A stretch of 64,000 nt of DNA, from the NCBI GenBank assembly GCA_964490075.1, contig CAZBBK010000001.1, positions 1 to 64,000 of the forward strand, read 5' to 3'. The translations under genes and the position numbers were made by a program. Below the pieces are notes generated by a model. It was not told where the DNA came from. It saw nothing but the letters and a program-made list of their open reading frames with translations, and did no database searches. The DNA comes from an uncultured Gemmatimonadota bacterium (GTDB taxonomy: Bacteria; GCA-2686955). Of the stretch, positions 28,110-38,100 are shown piece after piece; positions within the stretch are counted from its first letter, which is position 1; every line of letters starts with the position of its first letter.

Positions 28110-30103
28110 ACCCCCGAGGGCAGAGCGATCCCCTTTTCGGAGCGGCCGTCCCAGACCAGGCGGCTGGCTCCGGCCGGCAGCTCGCCATCGTGCAACGTGC
28201 GCACGATGCGCCCGCCGAGATCGAAGATGCGCAGACGGACCTGCGCCGCGCGCTCTATCTCGACCGGGATCGTGGTGCGCGGATTGAAGGGGTTGGGAGT
28301 CGGATTGCCGAGCCTCGGACCGGACCCGGGAACGCCCGGAGCGTCGCCTTCGATGCCGGTCCAGGGCACGTCGCGGAACAGAGCGAGGATGTAGCCCTCG
28401 GGATCGGGATCGATGTCGATCACATGGCCGGCGACGCGGAAGGAGTAACTCTGGGAGGGCGCGTCGTTGATGATCAAGGTGTCGAGGTCGGTGCCTTGCG
28501 CACGTTCCAGGCGCAGCGTGATCGGCATTCGGTAGGGACTGTGGCCGGGCTGCACCTGCGCCAGCGCCAGCTCGACCAGCGTCGAATCGCCGTCCAGGTC
28601 AGTAAGCTGTCGCGCGTACTCGTACTCCACGCGACCGGACTCGTAGAGCCAGGGATCGAAGAACCAGTCGAGATCCTGGCCCGCCACCTCGGAGGCCACG
28701 TCGGTGAATTGTGACGTCAGGGCCGCTTGGTGCGCGTAGCGCGTGCCCCAGGTCTGCAGAATCGCCATCAGGGTGTCGCGTCCGACGATCCCGCGCAGCA
28801 TGTGCAGCACCCAGGCGCCCTTGTCGTAGACGGTGTTGTTGAACAGGTAATATGGATCGTAAATCGGTCCGGGAAACCAGGGCTCCTTGATCGCCTGCAT
28901 GTACGACAGATACGCCTGCTCCCCGTAGATCCCCTCGGTCCAGATCGCCTCGCCGTAGGTCGCGAAGCCTTCGTTGAGCCAGATATCGTCCCAGGTGCCG
29001 CAGGTGACCATATCGCCCCACCATTGATGCGCCAGCTCGTGGGCGACGATCCAGTCGTAGTAGTGGTCGCCGGTGTAGAGGGCGGTGCCGTAGCTGGTCA
29101 ACGTCGTATGCTCCATCGCCCCGCCCCAGGGGTACTCCATCTGACCGTACTTCTCGGCCGCGAAGGGGTAGGGGAGCCAATCGTTTTCGAATACGCCCAA
29201 CATGTCGGGAACGCCCGACACGTCCTCCCGCGCGGCGGCCTCGCTCTCGGGATAGGTGTAGTAGGTCAGCGGCAGCTCGCCCCCTTCGATGAGATCGTAG
29301 CTGTCCTCGAAGAGCAAGAAGTCGGTCGCGGTGATGGCGACCAGGTAGGGCGGCAGCAGGTAGTCGGTCGCCCAGGTGGTGGTGGCGCTCCCGTCCCCGT
29401 TGTCGACGATCGACTGCAAGAGACCGTTGCTGGCGACGACATAATTATCGGGCAGCGTGATCACCACTTCGACCGTCGCCTTGTCGTCCGGCCGATCCTT
29501 GCAGGGCCACCACTTGCGGGAGCCTTCCGGCTCGCAGGTGGTCCACACCACGGGGGTGGGCCGCGAGTAGTCGATGTCGAATGCGTCCCAGTCGAATACG
29601 TAGGGCGAACCGGCATAGAGAACCCGCAATCCAGCCCCCTCGCCGGCGTCCAGCGGCGGATCGAGATCGATGCTCAGCGCATCGCCGAGGTGCTCGAAGC
29701 TCTGTGCGCCGACCCCCTGCCGCAGCACGCCGGAAACCGTCAGCAGATTGTCCAGATCGAGCACCACCTGGTCGAGCGGCGGATCGGTCGCTTCCAGCAA
29801 GATGTCGGCGTGGCCGGCCAGGTACTGCCCCGGATCGTCCGGATCGATCGTCAAATCGATGGCATAGTGGAGCACGTCGTACTCCTCTTGCGCAGCGTCA
29901 CCCGCGGGCGACGAGCCGGGTGCCGGACCACCGAGCGCCCGGTGGCGCGCGCGATGTGACTCCCGCAGTCGGCGATGGTTTTCGGTGATGGCGGCGGCGA
30001 CGGCTTCCGGGCCGCGCTCATGGATGCTGGCGATCGGCGGCGCGGCGCCGGGTGATGCATCGGCGGCGCCCAGGGCGGCGAGCAGGAGGGGGAACGAGAT
30101 CAC
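28043..30103 (-). CDS. Secreted M1-family aminopeptidase with FlgD-Ig C-terminal domain
   Basis: GAMEH, HELAH-X18-E (WLNEGFA), VYDKGAWVLHML; PNPFNP...WDGR...SGVY C-terminal domain. Confidence 0.95.
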   Translation of the reverse strand: MISFPLLLAALGAADASPGAAPPIASIHERGPEAVAAAITENHRRLRESHRARHRALGGPAPGSSPAGDAAQEEYDVLHYAIDLTIDPDDPGQYLAGHADILLEATDPPLDQVVLDLDNLLTVSGVLRQGVGAQSFEHLGDALSIDLDPPLDAGEGAGLRVLYAGSPYVFDWDAFDIDYSRPTPVVWTTCEPEGSRKWWPCKDRPDDKATVEVVITLPDNYVVASNGLLQSIVDNGDGSATTTWATDYLLPPYLVAITATDFLLFEDSYDLIEGGELPLTYYTYPESEAAAREDVSGVPDMLGVFENDWLPYPFAAEKYGQMEYPWGGAMEHTTLTSYGTALYTGDHYYDWIVAHELAHQWWGDMVTCGTWDDIWLNEGFATYGEAIWTEGIYGEQAYLSYMQAIKEPWFPGPIYDPYYLFNNTVYDKGAWVLHMLRGIVGRDTLMAILQTWGTRYAHQAALTSQFTDVASEVAGQDLDWFFDPWLYESGRVEYEYARQLTDLDGDSTLVELALAQVQPGHSPYRMPITLRLERAQGTDLDTLIINDAPSQSYSFRVAGHVIDIDPDPEGYILALFRDVPWTGIEGDAPGVPGSGPRLGNPTPNPFNPRTTIPVEIERAAQVRLRIFDLGGRIVRTLHDGELPAGASRLVWDGRSEKGIALPSGVYLVRLEAVGAAPRSRRLVLLK

Positions 30104-30194
30104 GGGATGTCCTTCGATCGGCGCGGGCGAGAGCAGGCACCGCTGTGGTTGGATGCAGCCATGATAAGAGATCGCGCAACACCGTCGGCCGGTC

Positions 30195-32081
30195 TCAGAT
30201 CAAAGTCGACCCGCGCGGCGCGCGCCCCCGCCGAGGTTGCGCCTCCGGCTCCGGAGGCGGCTCGGGCTCGGCCGCCGGGGGCGCCACCGGCTCCGCCGCG
30301 TCCCCCTCCTCCTCGGCGGGTGCCGGGACCGGCGCGGGCAGCCCGCCCCAAGCGTCCTCTCCCGAAAGAGGCGCGGACGCGGGACTCGCAGGAAGAACCC
30401 ACCACCCGAGCGGCCCCTCCAGCCAGCTCACCCGCGCCGCCAGCTCGGTCTTCTCCTCCTTGGCCTCGCGGCGCGACTCGGGCAGATCGGCGGCGGCCGA
30501 GGCCAGGACGTGCAGCGGTCGATCGGCGGCGCCCAGCAGCTCGTCGATCTGGTCCAGGTCGACCAACTCCTCGACCGGGCAGGCGAGATAGAGCTCGGCC
30601 ACCGGCCGTAGCTCGGGCAGGGTGGCGCAGCGCGCATGCGGCCCCAGAGCGTCGTTCAGCTCGACCAGGAAGGCGCGGTGCGAGAGGGCCCGGTCGATGG
30701 TCGCCCCCTTCAGCTCCACCGCACCGATCACGCCCGCCGCCAGCGCACACGCGGCGAGCATCGCGGCTCCCGCATGGCGCCGGGTCAGCAGCAGGGCAGC
30801 CAGCAGCACGGCGGCCAGCAGCAGCGCACCCGAGACCAGCAGGCGCAGCTCGAAACCGGCGTCGACGCGCGCCAGAGCCAGGATCGGCGGCAAAGGAACG
30901 CGCTGGACCAACGCCGCCGCCGCGCCGAAGAGCGCCAGCCCCGCCACCAGCCAGAGCTCCCAGAGCGCGCCCCGAGCGGCCAACCGTCGACCCAGCGCAT
31001 CGCCCACCAGAAAGGCGAGCACCGGGGCCGCGAGGATCGCCGCCGTGAGGGAAGCGAAGGGAGTCAAGAGACCGACCGCCAGCAAGACCGCCAGCGCCAG
31101 CGCCGCAAGGCGTCCGCGCTCCGAGGAGAGGGCAGCGCCGAGAGCCGAGGGCAGGAAAATCGCGCCGGGCAGCAGCGCCAGCCAGGGCAGCAGGCTCCAG
31201 ATCCCGATCTCCGGCGGCTCGGTCCAGCTCCGCGTCGCGTCCGAGATCTGCGCCAACCACAGGGCCCGCGCTTCGGCGCTCGACCCCCACAGAGCCGCGC
31301 CGTACACCGCGATCAGCAGCGCCAGCGCCAGCAGCGCCCCGCGGTGGTTGGCGGAGCCGCGCAGCGCCGCGACGCGCCCGTGCAGCGCCAGGTGCAGCAG
31401 CGCGATCGCCCAGGGCGCGAGCAGCGCCACCGGACCGGCGCCGGCCAACCAGCCCAGGGCGCCGGCCGTGAACAGACACCAGCCGCGCCAGCCCACGAGA
31501 CCCCGGCCGGGATCGCCGGAAAGCAGCGCCGCGAAGGCCAGGGCACCGATCAACGCCCCGCTCGCGGCCGGATCGAGGCTGCGCGCGGCGAGCCACCAGA
31601 GCGGCAAGGTCGTCAGGACCGCCGGCACCAGGAGAGCGCGGGCGGCTCCCCTCCCATCGCTCCCCCCCGGCACCCTGGGGCGAGCGGTGAAGCAGCCGAT
31701 CGCGAGCGGACCGAGCAACGCCGCGATCAATCCCAGCGCTCGCAGCCATCCGGCGGCGGAGCCGGCGCGGGCGGCCAGCGGCGCCATCAGCCAGGGGAAG
31801 AGCGGCGCCAAGTCGAGCGGGGGCGTTCCCGGATCCGCGGCCATCGCCAGGGCCGCGGCGGCGTGCGCTCCCTCGCGCTCGCTCAATCCCGGCCAGTCGA
31901 GCCTCCAGGTCAACACCGCCAGCCCGGCGAGCAACACCACCAGGGCTCCGAGGTGCAAAGCCGGAACCGCTCCGCCACCGCCGCTCGGGGCCGGCACCAC
32001 CTCTTCGACGGGATCGGGCACGCCGCCGCCAGCGGCCGGCCCGGCCTCCTCCGCGTCCTTCGGCTGCTGCTCGTTGGCCAT
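30195..32081 (-). CDS. Polytopic membrane protein, ArnT/GT-C glycosyltransferase-like
   Basis: About 12-13 hydrophobic segments, LSEREG after TM1, PLFPWL, LLPW; motifs are degenerate. Start set at ATG 32081. Confidence 0.6.
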   Translation of the reverse strand: MANEQQPKDAEEAGPAAGGGVPDPVEEVVPAPSGGGGAVPALHLGALVVLLAGLAVLTWRLDWPGLSEREGAHAAAALAMAADPGTPPLDLAPLFPWLMAPLAARAGSAAGWLRALGLIAALLGPLAIGCFTARPRVPGGSDGRGAARALLVPAVLTTLPLWWLAARSLDPAASGALIGALAFAALLSGDPGRGLVGWRGWCLFTAGALGWLAGAGPVALLAPWAIALLHLALHGRVAALRGSANHRGALLALALLIAVYGAALWGSSAEARALWLAQISDATRSWTEPPEIGIWSLLPWLALLPGAIFLPSALGAALSSERGRLAALALAVLLAVGLLTPFASLTAAILAAPVLAFLVGDALGRRLAARGALWELWLVAGLALFGAAAALVQRVPLPPILALARVDAGFELRLLVSGALLLAAVLLAALLLTRRHAGAAMLAACALAAGVIGAVELKGATIDRALSHRAFLVELNDALGPHARCATLPELRPVAELYLACPVEELVDLDQIDELLGAADRPLHVLASAAADLPESRREAKEEKTELAARVSWLEGPLGWWVLPASPASAPLSGEDAWGGLPAPVPAPAEEEGDAAEPVAPPAAEPEPPPEPEAQPRRGRAPRGSTLI

Positions 32082-32321
32082 GATCCGCGGAGTTTCGCGG
32101 ACCCGAGCGGGCGCCGCAAGCGCCGGAATCGTCCGTAATCCGTTACCTGCCTCAGAATCAGCGAATCGGATGACGATGGAGACATGAGGTTCACACATCG
32201 GATCGCGCGCGCGTCGGACGACTCGACCGAAGCGTGGAGACAGGCCGGGAGGCGAGGCGCCACGGGTAGATCGGCCTCGAGCACCGGATCCGATCGACCC
32301 CCACTCGACGGAGTGCAGACG

Positions 32322-33671
32322 ATGAAGCTCTCGCTCGTACCCTCCCCCCGCGCGGCGATCCTGGCATGCGCGGCGCTCTCGACCCTGATCCCGGCCGCCT
32401 CCTCGAGCGCCAAGCTGGCCTCCCAGCGCGAAATCCCATCCGCGCCCCCATCCGAGTTCGCGCTACGCTCCCTGGCCGCGGATGCCATGACCGAGCTGGC
32501 GGCCCGCCTGACCAACCTCGACCGCCCCGGCGGCTCGCTGATCGCCGCCGACACGGTGCGCGTGGTGCTGCTCAAGTCGCGGGCGAGCGGCGCTTCGTGG
32601 ATCCGCGACCTCGACACCCAGTGGCCGGCCTTCGGGGAGCTGCCGGTGCGGATCGACACCAGCCTGAGCCGGAAGCCGGATTTCAGCTACGACGATCTGC
32701 GCGAAGCGCGGGCCAACGTGGTCTGGCTGGCCTCGCCGATCGCCACCAAGCAGGAGCTGAGCTCGAGCGAGATCGAGGACCTCGAGAAATTCCAGAGCGA
32801 GGGCGGCACCGTGCTCGGCACCGGAATGGTGTTCGGCGGCGGGGACCACGGCGACAACCGCGCGGCCGGGTTCCTGTTCGGGATCGACACCACCAAGCGC
32901 ATCTTCGTCCCCGACAAGGATCCCTCGACCAAGCTCCAAGCCCGCGGATCGGCGCCGCCGCCGCTCTTTCGAGGCCTGCCGGTCGACACCCCCTTCGAGG
33001 TCGCCCCCAAGCCCTGGGCGGAGAGAGAGATCGACCGCGGCTGGGACGACGACCAGATGGCCACGGGCGAGATCGTCGCATCCGACCTCGGCACCGGCAA
33101 CGTGGTGCAGACCCTGGTCGTCGGGCGTGGCATGGGGCGCGGCATCTACTTCTCCGCGCCGCACGAGATCCGCGACCCGCGCCATCCCTCCTCGGGCGAA
33201 GAGAACGACGGCCAGCTGCTCTACAACGCGCTGACCTTCGGCTTCACGGGGGTCGGAACGGTCGGAGGCTCGGTGGCCCGCAACGGCGAGCCCTTCGCCG
33301 ACCGAAGCGTCTGCCTGGCCGACGGACCGATCGGCTGCACCCTCGAGGACGAAACCGACGATGAGGGCGTCTTCTTCTTCGACGAGGTGCCGGCCGGGGT
33401 CTACTCCCTGCAGATCCCCAACATCGTCGACAACGTGCAGCTCGACGATCGACCGGGTGATGCGGGGGTCATGATCGCCGACGGCGCGATCGAGATCAAC
33501 GGTGTCGCCGCCGAAGGCATCCCGGTCTACGCGGTGCGCGTCGACGTGGTCCCCTTCGAATTCCTGGGGCCGGTGATCACCGACAGCTCCGGAAACTGGA
33601 GTCTGTCGATTCCGAACGTCGGGAAATGGGTGATCTGGGCGCCCGGCATCGGCGTGCAGGCGGTCCATTGA
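32322..33671 (+). CDS. Secreted hypothetical protein (paralog 1): alpha/beta domain plus carboxypeptidase-regulatory-like beta domains
   Basis: GGAG RBS, signal peptide, TDDEGVFFFDEVPAGVYSL motif; colinear similarity to the next gene. Confidence 0.8.
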   Translation: MKLSLVPSPRAAILACAALSTLIPAASSSAKLASQREIPSAPPSEFALRSLAADAMTELAARLTNLDRPGGSLIAADTVRVVLLKSRASGASWIRDLDTQWPAFGELPVRIDTSLSRKPDFSYDDLREARANVVWLASPIATKQELSSSEIEDLEKFQSEGGTVLGTGMVFGGGDHGDNRAAGFLFGIDTTKRIFVPDKDPSTKLQARGSAPPPLFRGLPVDTPFEVAPKPWAEREIDRGWDDDQMATGEIVASDLGTGNVVQTLVVGRGMGRGIYFSAPHEIRDPRHPSSGEENDGQLLYNALTFGFTGVGTVGGSVARNGEPFADRSVCLADGPIGCTLEDETDDEGVFFFDEVPAGVYSLQIPNIVDNVQLDDRPGDAGVMIADGAIEINGVAAEGIPVYAVRVDVVPFEFLGPVITDSSGNWSLSIPNVGKWVIWAPGIGVQAVH

Positions 33672-33732
33672 TTGCGGAGCGCGCTCGATCTCGGTTAGAT
33701 TCGCGAGTTGGAGGCGTTTTGCTGGAGGCCTT

Positions 33733-35055
33733 ATGAAGCACTCGAATTGGACCAAGACCGCGCTCGCGGCCACGACGCTGGCGATTCTGACGGGGGTGGC
33801 CGTGGCGGGTCGCGGTGCCGCGACGGATCGCTGGCCACTGCCGATCGAGGCGCGCTCGAACGCCGCGCTGCGCTCCTTCGCGGGGGATGCCGCGACTCAG
33901 CTCGCGATGCAGCTGGTATCCACCCGACCGCAACCCCTGAGGGATGCCGACACCGTCCGGGTGGTGGTCGTGAAGTCGATGATGACGCCGCTCAACTGGC
34001 TGGACGATCTGGCCAGCGACTGGGCCAGCTTCGGCGACCTGCCGATCGTGTTCGACCTGAGCTTGATGCAGGTCGGCTCGTTCGACCTCTACGATCTGCG
34101 CCGTCTCGACCCCGATGCGATCTGGATCGCGTCGCCCACCGCCGGCAAGTACGAGTTCTCCAGCTCGGAGGAACAGGCGCTGCGGACGATTCAGGAGAAC
34201 GACGGCATCACCATCGTCGGCACCGGCCTGGTGTTCGGCGGCGCCGGTTTCTACGACAATCGCCACCTCGGCGGACTGTTCGGAATCGACACCAGCAATC
34301 GTGTGTTCGTGGCCTCGAGCGACAGCACGAGATCGATGTCGTTCAAACTCGACGTACCGGCCGAGCTCGCCGACAGCCTGCCGATCGGTCCGCTCTTCAC
34401 CGTTGCGTACAAACAACGAGCCGAACGGGAGTCCAGCCGTGGCTGGGACGACGACCAGATGACCGACGGTCGCATCGTCGCCCTTGGCAACACTCCCGAG
34501 ATCAACAGCATCGAAGTGTACGTGGAGCGCGATCGCGGCAAGGGGATCTACTTCTCCGCGCCGCACGAGTTCAAGCCCGCGATCGATCCCGATCGCAACG
34601 ACGCGCAACTGCTGTACAACGCCTTCACGATCGGCCTGGTGGGACAAGGCGACGTCGGCGGCGATGTGCAGGTCGACGGCGAGCCTTTCGCCTTCCGTCC
34701 GATCTTCTTGGCCGACGGCACCATCGGCTGCACCTACCGCGAAAGAACCGACTCCACCGGCGCCTACGCCTTCGACGGCGTGCCCGAAGGCACCTATTCC
34801 CTCGAGATCCCCAACATCGTGCACGAGCTCGGCGCCGGTCCCCACGACGAGGGTGTGATGATCGCCGACGGCGCGATCGAGATCAACGGCGTGGCCGCGG
34901 ATGGGATCACGGTCTACGGCGTGCGGATCGATACCCTGCCAATTCAGATCGTGGGTCCCGACATCACCGACATCACGGGCGTGTGGGAGCTCGAGATCCC
35001 GGACTGGGGCCAGTGGTTGGTGTGGGCGCCCGGCATCGGCGTGGTGGCTCGGTAG
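33733..35055 (+). CDS. Secreted hypothetical protein (paralog 2)
   Basis: GGAGG RBS, signal peptide; shares DTVRVV, RGWDDDQM, GIYFSAPHE, QLLYNA, LADGxIGCT, GVMIADGAIEINGVAA and WAPGIGV with paralog 1. Confidence 0.85.
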   Translation: MKHSNWTKTALAATTLAILTGVAVAGRGAATDRWPLPIEARSNAALRSFAGDAATQLAMQLVSTRPQPLRDADTVRVVVVKSMMTPLNWLDDLASDWASFGDLPIVFDLSLMQVGSFDLYDLRRLDPDAIWIASPTAGKYEFSSSEEQALRTIQENDGITIVGTGLVFGGAGFYDNRHLGGLFGIDTSNRVFVASSDSTRSMSFKLDVPAELADSLPIGPLFTVAYKQRAERESSRGWDDDQMTDGRIVALGNTPEINSIEVYVERDRGKGIYFSAPHEFKPAIDPDRNDAQLLYNAFTIGLVGQGDVGGDVQVDGEPFAFRPIFLADGTIGCTYRERTDSTGAYAFDGVPEGTYSLEIPNIVHELGAGPHDEGVMIADGAIEINGVAADGITVYGVRIDTLPIQIVGPDITDITGVWELEIPDWGQWLVWAPGIGVVAR

Positions 35056-35186
35056 CGGAATAGACGAGCCTCGAACACACGGCCTCCCTTCGACGCCCGC
35101 TCCGATTCACGGAGGCTGGCACCGAAGGGGAGCCGTCGCGCTACCATGGGACGATTTCGCCGTCCATCCCCACAGCGCGAAGAGGC

Positions 35187-38100
35187 GTGTCGGTCCAGGC
35201 TCCTCATCCCGAACAGATCGGTCCCCATCGGATCCGCGGCGTCTTCGGGCGCGGCGAGATGGGAGTCGTCTACCGCGCATGCGGAGTCGGCGAGGGTCCG
35301 GACGAAGTCGCGCTCAAGGTCATCCGCTCCGACCGGTCGATCGGCCGCGAGGAGTTCATGCGCTTCAAGCGCGAGTTCCGGGCCCTGGTCCGCCTGGAGC
35401 ACCGCAACGTGGTGCGCGCCTTCGACATGGGGAACGATGAGGGACTCCTCTACTTCGCCATGGAGGCGGTGGACGGGGTCGATCTGCACACCTGGCTGGA
35501 CCAACGGCCGGGAGCCGAAGAACGGCGCGGCGCGGCGCTCAGGGCCTTTCAGCAGATCTTCTCGGCGCTCGACTATGTGCACGGTCAGGGGATCGTGCAT
35601 CGCGATCTCAAGCCGGGCAACGTGCTGGTCACGGCGGATGGCGTCGTCAAGCTGACCGACTTCGGGCTGGCCCGCGATCACGCGGAACGTCAGGGGCTGA
35701 CCCGCACCGGACTGCTGGTCGGCACCGTGGCTTATATGGCGCCGGAGCAGATCAAGGCCGAGCGCAATCTCGACTCGCGCGCCGATCTCTATGCCGCCGG
35801 CGTGATGCTCTTCGAAGCGTTGACCGGACGGCTGCCCTTCGAGCACGAGGGGATCGCGGCTCTGCTGCAAGCCCACCTCGGCGAAGCGCCGCCCGATCTC
35901 TCGACCCTCGCTCCCTGGGCGCCGCCGGCGCTGAGCGAGCTGCTGTCCAGACTGCTCGGCAAGACGCCGGCCGAACGGCCCCCGACCGGCCGCGCGGCCT
36001 ACGTGGCGCTGAGTGAATGCGCGGCGACGATCGGTGCGACTGATCCATCGCCAACGGTGCAGACGCAGTGGCACGGCGCCGAGATGATCGAGAAGCCGGC
36101 CGAATTCGCCTTCCGCTCGGTGCTCTCGGGGCGGCGCAAGGAGATCGAGAGGGTCGGCGCGCTGCTGACCCGCGCCCGCGAGGAGCGCGGCGGCGTGCTG
36201 CTGATCGAAGGAGAGGCGGGGATCGGCAAGTCGCGTCTGGCGGCCGAGGCGATGGAGCTGGCTCGCTGGGAGGGGTTTCGAACCTTGCGCGGCCGGCATC
36301 GAGAGGGAAGCAGCATTTCCTATGAGGGGATCGCGGCGGTGCTGCAGAGCTCCGTCGCGCTGCTGAATCGGGTGCCGGTGGCGCAACGGCGGGCACTGCT
36401 CGGAGAACGCGGCCGTCTGCTCGCGCCGCTGGCTCCGGAGCTGCTGGAGCTGGCCGGGCTGGAGGATCTGCCGCCGGCGCCGGAGCTGAGCGCCCGCGAA
36501 ACCCAGCGCGCGCTGATCCAGTGCTGCGCCGCCTTCCTGGTCGCCCTGAGCCGCCAACGCCCGCTGGCGGTCGAGCTCGAGGACATTCACTGGGCGGGCG
36601 AAGAGACCATCGCGCTGCTGGAGGAGATCGCCGCCCTGTCGGGATCCGGAATCCCCTTCCCCCTGGTCGTGGTCGCCAGCCACCGCTCCGACGAGCTGCC
36701 GGCCTCGCATCCGATCTCGAAGGGAATCGCCGCCCTGCGGATGCGCCACGAGCTGCTGGCCCTGGCCCTGGCTCCACTGGGCCCGCCCTCGATCCACCGC
36801 ATGCTCGAGTCGCTGGTCGGCAAGAGCGCCGCCAGCGATGAGCTGGGCGATCACGTCGCGGGGGTCTCGGGGGGCAACCCCTTCTTCGCCGAAGAGCTGA
36901 TCCGCGGCCTCCTGCTCGACGGCTCGCTGCGCGAGAATCCCGCCTCGGGGGAGCTGGCGCTGGTGCGCGCGCCCGACGCCGACGCGGTCCCGCCCTCGCT
37001 CTCGGGGATGCTCGGCGGACGCCTCGAGGCGCTGCGCGACGACGAGCTGCTGGCGCTCAGGGTGGTCGCGCTGGCCCTCGCGGCGCCCACCTTCGACCTG
37101 ATCCGGCACGCCACCGGGATCGACGAGGATCCCTTGCTCGATCTGCTCGACCTGCTGGTGCGGCGCCGGATTCTCGACGAGGAGCCGGATGGTTTCCAGT
37201 TCCGCCACGCACTGCTGCGCGCGGCCGCCCTGCGCGCGATCTCGACACCCCGGCGACGCCAGCTCCATCGCCGCCTGGCCGCCGCCACGGGCGAGGTGCA
37301 CGGCGACGCGCAAGCGGCTCCCCTGGGACGGCACCTGCGCGAAGGCGGTCGTCCCGAGGAGGCGGTGCCCCACCTGCTGAGGGCCGCTAAGGGGGCTGCC
37401 GCGCGACTGCGCTTCCGCGACGGAATCGACCTCTATCGAGAGGCCGCGGAGCTGGCGGAGCTGGAGTTGGCCGATCTGCTGGAGCTGTGCCGCTTCGAAG
37501 CGGAGACCGGCCAGGCCGACCGGGCGGAGACCATCGCGCGGCGCGTGGTCGAGCGCGCCGCGAATGAGCGGGCGGTCGAATTCCACGGCCGGGCGCTGCT
37601 CTTTCTGGCCCACGTGAGCCTGCAGCGGGCCGAGAACGAGGCCGCCCGCGGGCTCCTGGAGGAGGCGGTCGCACTGCTGGAGCGGGCGGACGAAAGCGCG
37701 CTCTTGGCGGAGGCCCGGCGGGTGCTCGGCGAGGTGTTGATGCGGGGCGGGAGCTTCGACGAGGCGGGAGAGCACCTGCGCGGGGCGATCGAGGAGAGCC
37801 GGCGCTGCGCCGAGCGCCCGGAGATCACCGCTTCCTGCCTGCGCTCGCTGGCCCGCTTCGAGCGCTTCCGCGGCCGCATCCAGGCCGCGCTGCCGCTGAT
37901 CCGCGAGTCGCTGGAGATCTGCGAGCGGCACGGAAACGCCAAGGGGCGGATGCACGCCCTGGCCGAGTTGGGCACCGCGTTGTGCTTGACCCAAGACCTC
38001 GACGGAGCTCGGCGTGCACTCGAGGAGACCGCCGCCGCCTTCGAGTCCCAGGGGCAGCTGCTGCAGGTCTGCAACGCGCTCTACTCGCTGGGGCACGTTC

